Origin: Candidatus Poribacteria bacterium
GTDB lineage: Bacteria > Poribacteria > WGA-4E > WGA-3G
Direction: 5' to 3'
DNA length: 64,000 nucleotides
Assembly: GCA_965197475.1 (NCBI GenBank)
Contig: CBDANF010000003.1
Span: 1,120,001 to 1,184,000 of the forward strand
The notes beneath the pieces were generated by a model. It was not told the DNA's origin. It made no database searches and was given only the letters and a program-made list of their open reading frames with translations. Of this stretch, positions 17,207-26,805 are shown one piece after another (the first letter of the stretch is position 1; each line of letters begins with the position of its first letter). Position numbers and translations under genes: made by a program.

Positions 17207-18619
17207 TTAACGGTTTATCTGTTTCATTAACATCTTCAAGTTCTCAAGCGTATCATCGCAAAGTGCTTCTGCCTCTGATGCCGTTGGTGCCTCACTGAAA
17301 ACCCGAATGACCGGCTCCGTTCCTGATTTTCGGATATTTACCCATCGGTCATCCCAGACGCGTTTGATGCCATCTGTTAATTCAAGCAGCGGTCCTGCTT
17401 GCGTACTTGAAGTCGTTAAAGCCTCTTTCTCATACATTTTTAAAGCGAGTTCAACGAGTTGCGTTGCGACCTCTTGTGATGGAATTTCCAATTTTTTGCG
17501 ACACATTTCGTAGTGTGGCATGGTATCAACAAGTGCTGTCACTGTGCTATTGGATTCGGTGATATGTTGGACAATTGATGCAATAGAGGTAATACCGTCT
17601 GTGGTATAGTTGATAGCGGGATAGATAACCCCACCAGTGCCTTCACCGCCGATAACAGCGTTGACCTCATGCATTTTTTCAACCACCCATCCCACACCGA
17701 CTTTCGTTCGATATAGTATTACACCGTGCTTTGCAGCAATATCATCCATCATTCGGCTTGTTGATACTGTGACGACTATGTCTCCTTTTGTTTTACTCAA
17801 AATAAAATCTGCTACGAAAGCGAGCGTCCATTCGCCGCTAAGTGGCATGCCCTGATCTGTAACAACGACAACCCTGTCTGCATCGCCATCGTGGGCGAAT
17901 CCTATATCTGCACAAGTTTCACGTACCTTTTCACACAGTTCACCTAAAGCATCAGGTGTGGGTTCTGCGGGGCGGCGGAAGTTTCCATCGGGCACACAAT
18001 TAATTTCAACCACTTGACAACCGAGTTCCTGCAACAAAGTTGGACTAATTACGCATCCTGCACCGTTACCGCAATCAAGTGCTACCTTCAGTTTGGCATT
18101 TCGGATTAAATCTATGTTAAGCCACGAAGAATCAAGTATTTCCTTGAGATGGTGTGTTGTTGCGTCCTTAAATCTTTCAAGCGTTCCCTGTTTGTCCCAC
18201 GGTGCAAGTGCAAAATCCTCATTTTCACAAATTCGTGTCAATCCATCACGTTCAGTCTGTGTCAGCAGTTTTCCAGATTCAGATGCAAATTCAATGCCGT
18301 TCCATTCTACTGGGTTATGGCTTGCTGTAATGGTGATACTACCTTGTGCACCAAGGGTCTTCGCTATCAAAAGGACAGTAGGGGTAGGGCATAACCCCAC
18401 ATCAATGACGCGACATCCTGTGGCGAATAGTCCTGCAAGCACTGCATGCCGAATCATCGGACTTGAGGTGCGTGAATCTCTGCCTACTACCACGGTTTTA
18501 CCACCGACAAAGGTGCCGAAAGCTAAAGCGAACTTTGTAATGATACGCGCGTCAAGCGAAACACCGACCTGTCCGCGAACACCTGAAACGCTTATGATTG
18601 GGTCTGTTGTTTTAGCCAT
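17207..18619 (-). CDS. glmM: Phosphoglucosamine mutase / phosphomannomutase
   Basis: ITASHNP, DGDADR, GGEGTGG, RKSGTEP; exact substrate uncertain. Confidence 0.8.
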   Translation of the reverse strand: MAKTTDPIISVSGVRGQVGVSLDARIITKFALAFGTFVGGKTVVVGRDSRTSSPMIRHAVLAGLFATGCRVIDVGLCPTPTVLLIAKTLGAQGSITITASHNPVEWNGIEFASESGKLLTQTERDGLTRICENEDFALAPWDKQGTLERFKDATTHHLKEILDSSWLNIDLIRNAKLKVALDCGNGAGCVISPTLLQELGCQVVEINCVPDGNFRRPAEPTPDALGELCEKVRETCADIGFAHDGDADRVVVVTDQGMPLSGEWTLAFVADFILSKTKGDIVVTVSTSRMMDDIAAKHGVILYRTKVGVGWVVEKMHEVNAVIGGEGTGGVIYPAINYTTDGITSIASIVQHITESNSTVTALVDTMPHYEMCRKKLEIPSQEVATQLVELALKMYEKEALTTSSTQAGPLLELTDGIKRVWDDRWVNIRKSGTEPVIRVFSEAPTASEAEALCDDTLENLKMLMKQINR

Positions 18620-18730
18620 GAAGGTTCTCTAATGTAATAGTGGCTCTCAGAATATGGCAGATTTACAATTAACGATACACCGTCCATCGGCGCGCTTACA
18701 AAACACGCCTACCAGTGGTGTCTGCTATTT

Positions 18731-19540
18731 TTATATTCTATCATAAATAGAAAAATACTTATTGGATCTACGCATTTGCCATGCCCATAGAAAGCAGCAC
18801 CCACCTATCAAAAGCTGCCAAAAACCGCAAACATACCAAGGTGGATACGAAAAGTCATACGATGTAATTGGTGTTATCTCATAGAGCAAAGGTGTTCTAA
18901 AAATGTCCATCCCATCAAAGATATTGCACACAGCAATTAATGGGTTCAGGTGCAGAACCGGTTGAATAATCGGTTGTAGATTGTTGATATATCGCCCTAA
19001 CGGCACAAGTAAAAATGCACTACCAATCAAAATGCACACTAAAAAATAAGTAATCGCTGTTCCAAAGATATTGTCCCGCAATACCTGTGCTCCCCACACG
19101 CCGACTGCCCCTGCGGAAAAACTATAAAGTCCCAACACAACCAACATTTTCAACGCTTTTCCGAGTGGCATATCGGTGACAAAAACAGCGAAACCCGTTG
19201 ATATAAATATCCAGCATAAGAGAGGAATCTGACTGATCGCAAGTCGTATGAACAGGGGTTTACCAAAAGAGATAGGGGAAAGTGATAGCAACTGCGCGGA
19301 AAAGATAGACCGATTTTCAGAGCACGCGCTTAAAGCTGCAAGATAAGTGGCTACCAAAAGCACAACGAATGTCTGTGCGAGGGCAAAACATTCGGCAGAT
19401 GAACCAAGTTTAGCGTGTGTTAACAATTGATATGTTAGCCACTGCAGAAAACTCGCTATACCGATACAAATGAAGATATTTTTCTTATTGTATCGCTTAG
19501 CTTCAATAACAGCATTCATTTTTGCTATCCATAACGGCAT
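18731..19540 (-). CDS. Membrane protein, ABC-2 permease-like
   Basis: ~6 TM helices, LLSLSPIS and LNP motifs; start uncertain. Confidence 0.65.
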   Translation of the reverse strand: MPLWIAKMNAVIEAKRYNKKNIFICIGIASFLQWLTYQLLTHAKLGSSAECFALAQTFVVLLVATYLAALSACSENRSIFSAQLLSLSPISFGKPLFIRLAISQIPLLCWIFISTGFAVFVTDMPLGKALKMLVVLGLYSFSAGAVGVWGAQVLRDNIFGTAITYFLVCILIGSAFLLVPLGRYINNLQPIIQPVLHLNPLIAVCNIFDGMDIFRTPLLYEITPITSYDFSYPPWYVCGFWQLLIGGCCFLWAWQMRRSNKYFSIYDRI

Positions 19541-20199
19541 TATTCTTCTTGAAACTCGCGCCGAATCTGCATAATTGATTCAGCAATAGAGACAAGATTC
19601 GGATTGATAATCAGTGCCTGTTTGTAAGCATCAACCGCCGCATCAATTTTACCCAATCTGAGATAAACGTGTCCCATGCCAGCAAATGCGCCAAAATGAT
19701 GGGGGTTGAGTTTAACTGTCTGTTTACAATCTTTGAGTGCTTTATTCCACGCTTCCAATATAAAATATGCAATCGCGCGTTGGTTATACCCTTCAGCGAA
19801 ATTGGGTGCTGCTTCAATTACTGCCGTAAATTGTTCAACTGCCTCTGAAAAGTTCTCATTCTCTAAGGACCTTTTACCTGCCTTGAGCATTCTGTCAACA
19901 GATTCATTCCCTGAGCGGGACCAAATGTTCCATAATGCTATTTCAGAGTTGAAGCATGCGGGAAGGTCATCGTTCTTGAGGTTTTCCACTAACGCGGGAA
20001 CGACATTCATGCCGCCTATCAATCCGAGCGCAGTCGATGCAGCACGGCCAACGAGTGGATCCTCGTTTTGAAGATACTCTATCAGATCGTTTTCCGAATA
20101 TTTTGACGTTAGAAGTTCTTTAAGGCTTTCCTCATCTTCTAAGTTTGTGAACATTTGTGCTGCTAATTCCGAAAATCCGTTGCGTGTTGGCATGGTCAT
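19540..20199 (-). CDS. HEAT + TPR repeat protein
   Basis: AAGGAGG RBS before ATG 20199; ALWNIWSRSG, EGYNQRA, HFGA TPRs. Confidence 0.85.
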   Translation of the reverse strand: MTMPTRNGFSELAAQMFTNLEDEESLKELLTSKYSENDLIEYLQNEDPLVGRAASTALGLIGGMNVVPALVENLKNDDLPACFNSEIALWNIWSRSGNESVDRMLKAGKRSLENENFSEAVEQFTAVIEAAPNFAEGYNQRAIAYFILEAWNKALKDCKQTVKLNPHHFGAFAGMGHVYLRLGKIDAAVDAYKQALIINPNLVSIAESIMQIRREFQEE

Positions 20200-20312
20200 C
20201 CTCCTTATCTCATGTTGATTATAGCATATCTTTGTTGAAAATAACAATTCAAAATCTACGGCTAAATGCCCTGGCACTTGCCAAAAAGTGTTTTTTCAAC
20301 TACAATGTGTAT

Positions 20313-21332
20313 GTGTACACCTTAGAACCTCTTACGCCTCAAAATTGTAACGAATGGGATGCTGTTATCCAGCGATGCCCGAATAGCACCGCTTTTCAGG
20401 GTGCTGCGTGGCGAGATGCACTTGCAAATGCTTTCAAGCAGCTTGATCCTGTATCTCTATTCATTAAACAGGACGAGACGGTGATTGGCACCATCCCCGC
20501 GTTTGTGTTTCAACCGATACCGGGGATCCGATTGTGGCATTCAATGCCGTGGAATCTATTTGGCGGTCCACAAATACTTGGCTCGGTGCCGGTGAACCCC
20601 GAAATTTTGATTTCAACCATTGAGAGCTATCTTGAAACTGCATCAACCGAGAACGGATGGTGTGAACTGTGTTGGACGCTTTCACCAAAAGATACCGTAA
20701 AATACGGTGATTTTCTGACAGGAATAGGGTATGAACGGATGAAACGGTTCACGCATCTATTGAAGACGAACAGGGATATCGATTCCCTTTGGCATGCTTA
20801 CAATAAACGGGTACGTGGAGCAGTTCGGAAGGCAGAAAAATCGGGCGTGGAAGTTGCCGATACCGAAAGCGATACGGCTTTATCTACATTTTACGACATG
20901 TATCTTATGACCGTGAAACGATTAGGTGGGACACCGAAACCTCGCGCGCTTATGAAGATGCTTTTGCAGCACGGTGTTGCCAAACTTGCTATCGCTACAT
21001 ACCACGGTACAATCATCGGAGGATTACTCTATCTGCACTACAATCGCACCGTGACTTTGTGGTGTGAGGCATCTGTACCTGAGTATTTGCAATACCGTCC
21101 TAACAATGCAATTTTTCACCATATTATCAACTGGGCATGTAAGGAAGGGTATGAATGGGTGGATTTTGGGGCATCCCCACCTGAGAGTAAGGGATTGATA
21201 GCACATAAAGAACAGTATCGTGCTAAAAAAACCGATTTCTGTAGTTATACCAAGATAATTTCGCCATTCAAAAGATCGTTGTGGACATGGAGTGAAGGCA
21301 TGCTACGGAATATATATACGTGGCTGCAGTGA
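20313..21332 (+). CDS. GNAT/FemAB-like acyltransferase
   Basis: KRVRGAVRKAEKSGV, RPNN, WVDFG; GTG start inferred from promoter position. Confidence 0.85.
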   Translation: MYTLEPLTPQNCNEWDAVIQRCPNSTAFQGAAWRDALANAFKQLDPVSLFIKQDETVIGTIPAFVFQPIPGIRLWHSMPWNLFGGPQILGSVPVNPEILISTIESYLETASTENGWCELCWTLSPKDTVKYGDFLTGIGYERMKRFTHLLKTNRDIDSLWHAYNKRVRGAVRKAEKSGVEVADTESDTALSTFYDMYLMTVKRLGGTPKPRALMKMLLQHGVAKLAIATYHGTIIGGLLYLHYNRTVTLWCEASVPEYLQYRPNNAIFHHIINWACKEGYEWVDFGASPPESKGLIAHKEQYRAKKTDFCSYTKIISPFKRSLWTWSEGMLRNIYTWLQ

Positions 21333-21380
21333 AGAGAATTTGGACAGAACTGCTACATTTAGACAGAAACAGGAGAAATA

Positions 21381-22733
21381 ATGGAACGTAAACCTAATTT
21401 AATTTTTGTTTTCGGTGATCAGCACCGTCAATGTGATGTCGGGTGTGCAGGCAACCCGCAAGTACAAACACCTGCTATGGATAAACTTGCACAAGAGGGG
21501 ATGTTTTTCCCGAACACCTTCACCAACGTCCCGATATGTGTGCCTGCCCGCGGATGCTTGATGACAGGCAAACACCCCTTAAGCCACAAAGCCGTTTCCA
21601 ACGATTTACCGCTTCCGTTGTCTGAAACGGGAGTTGCGCAGGTCTTCAAAAACTCTGGCTACGCAACCGGATATATTGGTAAATGGCATCTCGGCGGTAT
21701 GCCGAGGGATAAGTTTATTACACCTGAAATGCGATTTGGCTTTGATCATTGGGTCGGATGGAATTGTCATCATAACTATTTCAATGCCCCCTACCACGAT
21801 TCCGATGGGAATAAGATGCAGGTTGAAGGCTACGAACCGGAATTCCAAACAGATCAGGCAATTCAATATTGCCGAGACCACGCTGATGAACCTTTCTGTC
21901 TCTATGTAAGTTGGGGACCGCCACACAACCCTTACGAGCATGTGCCGGAGCGGTATAAAGAGATGTATCCACCAGAGGAAATTCAGTTGCGTCCGAACGC
22001 TGTAGATACGCCTGCAACGCGAAAGGACTTATCTGGCTACTACGCGCATATCACGGCTTTAGATGAAAACCTTGGACGCTTGATGGATTCGCTTGATGAA
22101 ATCGGCATCGCTGAAGATACTATCATCGTCTATACATCTGACCATGGGGATATGCTTGGTAGCCACGGACATGTCAGAAAAGAACGTCCGTGGGACGAAT
22201 CAAGTCGTATCCCTTTCATGATACGCTGGCCCCACAAAATTCCTGCAGACGTTACCCGTGACACTTTACTTAGCCTCGTCGATTTTATGCCGTCAATGCT
22301 ATCCTTGTGCGATTTACCCATTCCTGACAGAGTTAAGGGTATTGACCTTTCAGATGCAATGCTCGGCAAGACAATTGACGAACCGCAGTCTGTTTTGCTT
22401 GAAATCCCATTGCATGGAAGTGAGGGCTTTAATGCAGGTATTCGAGAGTGGCGGGGTGTCCGAACGCATCGCTACACGTATGCTCGCCATTACGATGAAA
22501 CAGGTTGGCTGCTCTACGATAACGAAAACGATCCGTATCAAATGAACAATCTCATTGACGACACAGATTCACAAACGCTCAGGGCAGAACTTGAAGCGGA
22601 ACTTCAGAAGTGGCTAACCCGAATTAACGATCCATGCCTTGCCGGTTTAGATCACATCCGAGAACTCGGTTTGGCAGAATTGTGGAACATCAGCGAGCAA
22701 CGGTTTGGTGGAAGAAATCCACGTTGGGCATAA
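21381..22733 (+). CDS. Sulfatase
   Basis: DQHR, CVPARG (CxPxR), GKWHL, PPH, SDHGD. Confidence 0.95.
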   Translation: MERKPNLIFVFGDQHRQCDVGCAGNPQVQTPAMDKLAQEGMFFPNTFTNVPICVPARGCLMTGKHPLSHKAVSNDLPLPLSETGVAQVFKNSGYATGYIGKWHLGGMPRDKFITPEMRFGFDHWVGWNCHHNYFNAPYHDSDGNKMQVEGYEPEFQTDQAIQYCRDHADEPFCLYVSWGPPHNPYEHVPERYKEMYPPEEIQLRPNAVDTPATRKDLSGYYAHITALDENLGRLMDSLDEIGIAEDTIIVYTSDHGDMLGSHGHVRKERPWDESSRIPFMIRWPHKIPADVTRDTLLSLVDFMPSMLSLCDLPIPDRVKGIDLSDAMLGKTIDEPQSVLLEIPLHGSEGFNAGIREWRGVRTHRYTYARHYDETGWLLYDNENDPYQMNNLIDDTDSQTLRAELEAELQKWLTRINDPCLAGLDHIRELGLAELWNISEQRFGGRNPRWA

Positions 22734-22742
22734 AGGGAAAGT

Positions 22743-24140
22743 ATGAAAAAGCGGGTACTCATTATCGGTTGGGATTGCGCTGCGCCTGAATTAGTCTTTG
22801 AGGCATTTAAAGACGACATGCCCAATACACACCGCTTGATGCAGGAGGGCATCTATGGGGAATTGGAAAGTACAATCCCACCTATCACGGTACCCGCGTG
22901 GCTGTGCATGATGACAAGCCGCGATCCGGGTGAACTCGGCATCTACGGCTTTCGTAACCGTTCGGATTATTCCTACGATGCACTCACCATTGCCAATTCA
23001 CACGCGGTAGAAGTACTGACACTCTGGGAATTGCTTGGACAGGCGCAAAAGCGATCTGTTGTGTTAGGTGTGCCGCTCACCTATCCCGCGAAGCCCTTCC
23101 CGGGATGGATGGTTACCAGTTTTCTTACTCCAGGTGATCCCAATTCCCCGTTAACGCAACGTAACTTGCAGTGGACTTTTCCACCCAGACTTACACGTGA
23201 AATCGCGCAAGTTTCCCCCGACTACATGATTGATATTCCAAATTTTCGCACTGATAAACGTGCAGAGTTGGAACAACAGTTACTCAAAATGACACGCGCA
23301 CGTTTCAAATTCGCACGCTATCTGCTTGCGGAAAAAGCATGGGATTTCTTCATGATGGTGGAAATGGGTTCTGACCGACTCCATCATGCTTTCTGGCAGT
23401 TTTGGGATAAAACGCATGCTAAGTATGAACCGAATTCACCGTTCGCTGATACAATGCGGAACTATTATCGCACGCTTGATAAAGAACTTGGGCAGATGTT
23501 GGCGTGTGTTGATGATGACACCACCGTCATGGTTGTCTCCGACCACGGTGCGAAAAGGATGGATGGCGGTATCTGTGTCAACGAATGGTTACAAAAGCAC
23601 GGTTATCTGACGCTGAAAACCGAACCGCAAGGCATCACTCAATGGACAACGGATATGGTAGATTGGCAGCACACAAAGGCATGGGGAGAAGGCGGGTATT
23701 ATGCGAGAATCTTTATTAACGTTGCTGATAGAGAACCTCACGGGATTGTCAAAGCACAAGATTACGAAAATGTTCGCAATGAATTAAAGGTGCAACTTGA
23801 AGGAATCGCAAACGAATCGGGACAGAACATCAATACACGCGTATTTAAGCCGGAGGAGGTATATCGCGAGTGCCGCAACATTGCGCCTGATCTCATCGTT
23901 TACTTCGGCGACCTCTATTGGCGTTCAGTGGGGAGTGTTGGATATAACAGCATCTATACCTATGAAAACGACACCGGCCCTGACGATTGTAACCACGCTG
24001 AGATGGGCATGTTTATTATCAAAGACGTTAGACAGACGCGTGGACTTGTCCCCGCAAAAAGCATATATGACATCGCACCGACAGTGCTAAACGAATTCGG
24101 CATTGACATTCCAGATGCAATGCAAGGACAACCGATTTAG
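22743..24140 (+). CDS. Alkaline phosphatase superfamily nucleotide pyrophosphatase/phosphodiesterase
   Basis: IGWDCA, STIPPIT, DRLHH, SDHG, DIAPT. Confidence 0.9.
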   Translation: MKKRVLIIGWDCAAPELVFEAFKDDMPNTHRLMQEGIYGELESTIPPITVPAWLCMMTSRDPGELGIYGFRNRSDYSYDALTIANSHAVEVLTLWELLGQAQKRSVVLGVPLTYPAKPFPGWMVTSFLTPGDPNSPLTQRNLQWTFPPRLTREIAQVSPDYMIDIPNFRTDKRAELEQQLLKMTRARFKFARYLLAEKAWDFFMMVEMGSDRLHHAFWQFWDKTHAKYEPNSPFADTMRNYYRTLDKELGQMLACVDDDTTVMVVSDHGAKRMDGGICVNEWLQKHGYLTLKTEPQGITQWTTDMVDWQHTKAWGEGGYYARIFINVADREPHGIVKAQDYENVRNELKVQLEGIANESGQNINTRVFKPEEVYRECRNIAPDLIVYFGDLYWRSVGSVGYNSIYTYENDTGPDDCNHAEMGMFIIKDVRQTRGLVPAKSIYDIAPTVLNEFGIDIPDAMQGQPI

Positions 24141-25057
24141 GCTGCTGCAGCGACAACTGCATTAACAATCGCCTCGGCGACTATTTCTGCAGCGAGGATG
24201 CCGATACTGTTCACACTGCTGCCGGTATGTGTGCCGGTGGCGAGGGCAAAGAGCGTATCGCCATCAAACATTGTATGCGATGGACGTATTGCACGCGCCA
24301 TGCCGTCGTGTGCCATCTCTGCAATCCGTGTCGCTTCTGCGACAGAAAGCGTGGCATTTGTGGCAACTACACCGATGGTTGTATTCGTGCCGGGAACGAT
24401 ATTTGCGTCTAAGAGTCGTTCTGTGATGTCTACAAAACTGCCGTTTTCTTTTCCACCCGCGACTATCTCACCCGTTTCGGGGTTAACAACATTTCCCAAC
24501 GCATTCACAACTGTAAGGGCAGCAACGATCAAACCGTTCTCAAGATGATTACACGCTGAACCCACACCGCCTTGAGAAGGCGTAACACCCGGTGCCTTGC
24601 CAACCGTTGCCCCTGTTCCCGCACCAACAGCACCCATCGCTACAGGTTTATCTGTAGCATTAAGACATGCTTGATACCCCATTTCTCTGTCAGGACGTAC
24701 CCTTGCGTCACCAACATGCAGGTCAAAAATGACAGCCCCAGGAACAATCGGCACACGAACGGGACCTGCTGGAAATCCTACATCCTTTTCTTCAAGGTAT
24801 TGGACGACACCGCCTGCCGCATCCAATCCGAAGGCACTGCCACCTGTCAGAAGTATCGCATGCACTTTTTGGATTAAGCGTCCGGGACGAATCGCTTCTG
24901 TTTCTCGTGAACCGGGGGCAGCCCCGCGCACATCAATGCCTGCTGTTGCGCCCTCTGGACAGAGGATTACGGTACACCCTGTCCGTGCAGTTGCATCGGT
25001 AGCATGCCCTACCTGTATTCCGTCAATCGCAGTAAGTGTCTGATTCATTGGTGTCAT
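24137..25057 (-). CDS. P1/S58 family peptidase (DmpA-like)
   Basis: GAAPGSRET, LTGGSAFGL, GAGTGA, NTTIG, DGDTLF; ATG 25057. Confidence 0.92.
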   Translation of the reverse strand: MTPMNQTLTAIDGIQVGHATDATARTGCTVILCPEGATAGIDVRGAAPGSRETEAIRPGRLIQKVHAILLTGGSAFGLDAAGGVVQYLEEKDVGFPAGPVRVPIVPGAVIFDLHVGDARVRPDREMGYQACLNATDKPVAMGAVGAGTGATVGKAPGVTPSQGGVGSACNHLENGLIVAALTVVNALGNVVNPETGEIVAGGKENGSFVDITERLLDANIVPGTNTTIGVVATNATLSVAEATRIAEMAHDGMARAIRPSHTMFDGDTLFALATGTHTGSSVNSIGILAAEIVAEAIVNAVVAAAA

Positions 25058-25191
25058 ATCACAACTATAGCGGATTCTGATATAATCTGCAAGAGATATT
25101 GGATTCAAAAATTATCAAACCAGATTATAGACAGGATCTGAATATACTGCTATAATGCAATCAGTCTAATTTGATGGAGGAATTTTGTGTC

Positions 25192-26799
25192 ATGAAACAT
25201 ATTTACCTGCTTTTTGCTTTTCTTATAGTATTCGCTGGTTGTTCTGCACCAGAACCGGTAAATATTCCCGATCCGAACTTAGCTGCAGCTGTCCGAGAAG
25301 CACTACCTTTAGATCCAAATGAACCGATCACGCAAAAGAAGTTAGAAAAGTTAGAAACGTTGTCTACATGGACTAAAGGTATCAGCGATTTGACAGGTAT
25401 AGAAAAAATGACAGGTTTAAATGAGTTATCGCTTGGTAGTGGTCAAATTGCAGATATCACACCTCTTGCAGGATTAACAAATCTGACGACGTTAAGCCTA
25501 AATTCTAATCAAATTATGGATCTCACACCTTTGTCTGAGTTAATACGACTTGATACGCTCTCTCTCGAAAGTAATCATATTAATGACGTTACCCCGCTCA
25601 GTGGATTGAAAGAACTTACAGATTTATCCCTTCAAGGTAATCGAATCCAAGATATTACACCTTTGGCAGGACTTGTGCAATTGGAAAGATTATCTTTATG
25701 GAATAATAAAATAGTAGACCTTACACCAGTGGTAAATTTGTCGCAACTGCACACCTTATCTATTGATAATAATGAAATCCAGGACATCACACCACTCGCA
25801 AAATTAACAAAACTGACGCGTTTAACACTTAACTATACTCTGATTAGCGATATCACACCATTGTCTAAATTGACTCGGCTTTGGGGTTTATTTCTTCGTG
25901 GTAATCAGATTAGCGATATCACACCATTGTCTGAATTAACTGAGCTTCGGAGTTTATCGCTTGAAGGTAATCAGATTAGCGACTTCACACCATTGTCTGA
26001 ATTGAATCTGCTTCGGAGTTTATCGCTTCATGGTAATCAAATTAAAGAGATTGGACACATCAACGGATTAAAGGAACTATCAGACTTAGTACTTCAGAAT
26101 AATCAGATTCGAGATCTGACACCTTATGTTTCATTTTTTGAAGGTTTGCCTAAACTGACATCACTAATACTAAATGATAATCAAATTAGCGATATCACAC
26201 AGCTTGGAAAACTGACACAACTTAAGACGTTAAATCTCTATAATAATGAGATTAGTGATATAGCACCATTAGCTAATATGACACAACTTCAGGATTTAAA
26301 CCTATCCAGCAATATGATAAGTGATGTCATACCTCTCAGAGGATTAACACAACTTAATAGTTTAGTGCTATATAATAATCAAATTACCGATATCACATCA
26401 CTTGGTGGATTTAAATTCCTTCAGACCCTTTTCCTACAGGGGAACCAAATTAGTGATATTTCTCCACTTGCTGGATTAAGTTCTCTTAGAGCATTATTAC
26501 TCAGTGGTAATAAAATAACTGACATTAATCCGCTTGTAGAAATGAAACAACTTTGGAGTTTATCGCTTGATGGAAATCAAATTACTGACATCACACCGCT
26601 GGAAGGATTAACGCAGTTGCAGTTTTTGAAAATTGAGCAAAATCAGATTCGTGATATTAGCATTGTAGAAAACTTGAAGAATCTAAGTATTTTGCATGTC
26701 AAGGGTAACCCAATTCGTGATATTTCACCGATTCAACGACTACACACACACAATCCAAATTTGGATGTTGATATTGATAACATTCAAAATAAAGAGTAA
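25192..26799 (+). CDS. Internalin-like LRR lipoprotein
   Basis: FAGC lipobox; IPDPNL cap; ~20 LxLxxNQIxDITPL repeats. Confidence 0.92.
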   Translation: MKHIYLLFAFLIVFAGCSAPEPVNIPDPNLAAAVREALPLDPNEPITQKKLEKLETLSTWTKGISDLTGIEKMTGLNELSLGSGQIADITPLAGLTNLTTLSLNSNQIMDLTPLSELIRLDTLSLESNHINDVTPLSGLKELTDLSLQGNRIQDITPLAGLVQLERLSLWNNKIVDLTPVVNLSQLHTLSIDNNEIQDITPLAKLTKLTRLTLNYTLISDITPLSKLTRLWGLFLRGNQISDITPLSELTELRSLSLEGNQISDFTPLSELNLLRSLSLHGNQIKEIGHINGLKELSDLVLQNNQIRDLTPYVSFFEGLPKLTSLILNDNQISDITQLGKLTQLKTLNLYNNEISDIAPLANMTQLQDLNLSSNMISDVIPLRGLTQLNSLVLYNNQITDITSLGGFKFLQTLFLQGNQISDISPLAGLSSLRALLLSGNKITDINPLVEMKQLWSLSLDGNQITDITPLEGLTQLQFLKIEQNQIRDISIVENLKNLSILHVKGNPIRDISPIQRLHTHNPNLDVDIDNIQNKE

Positions 26800-26805
26800 A
26801 GCGTC

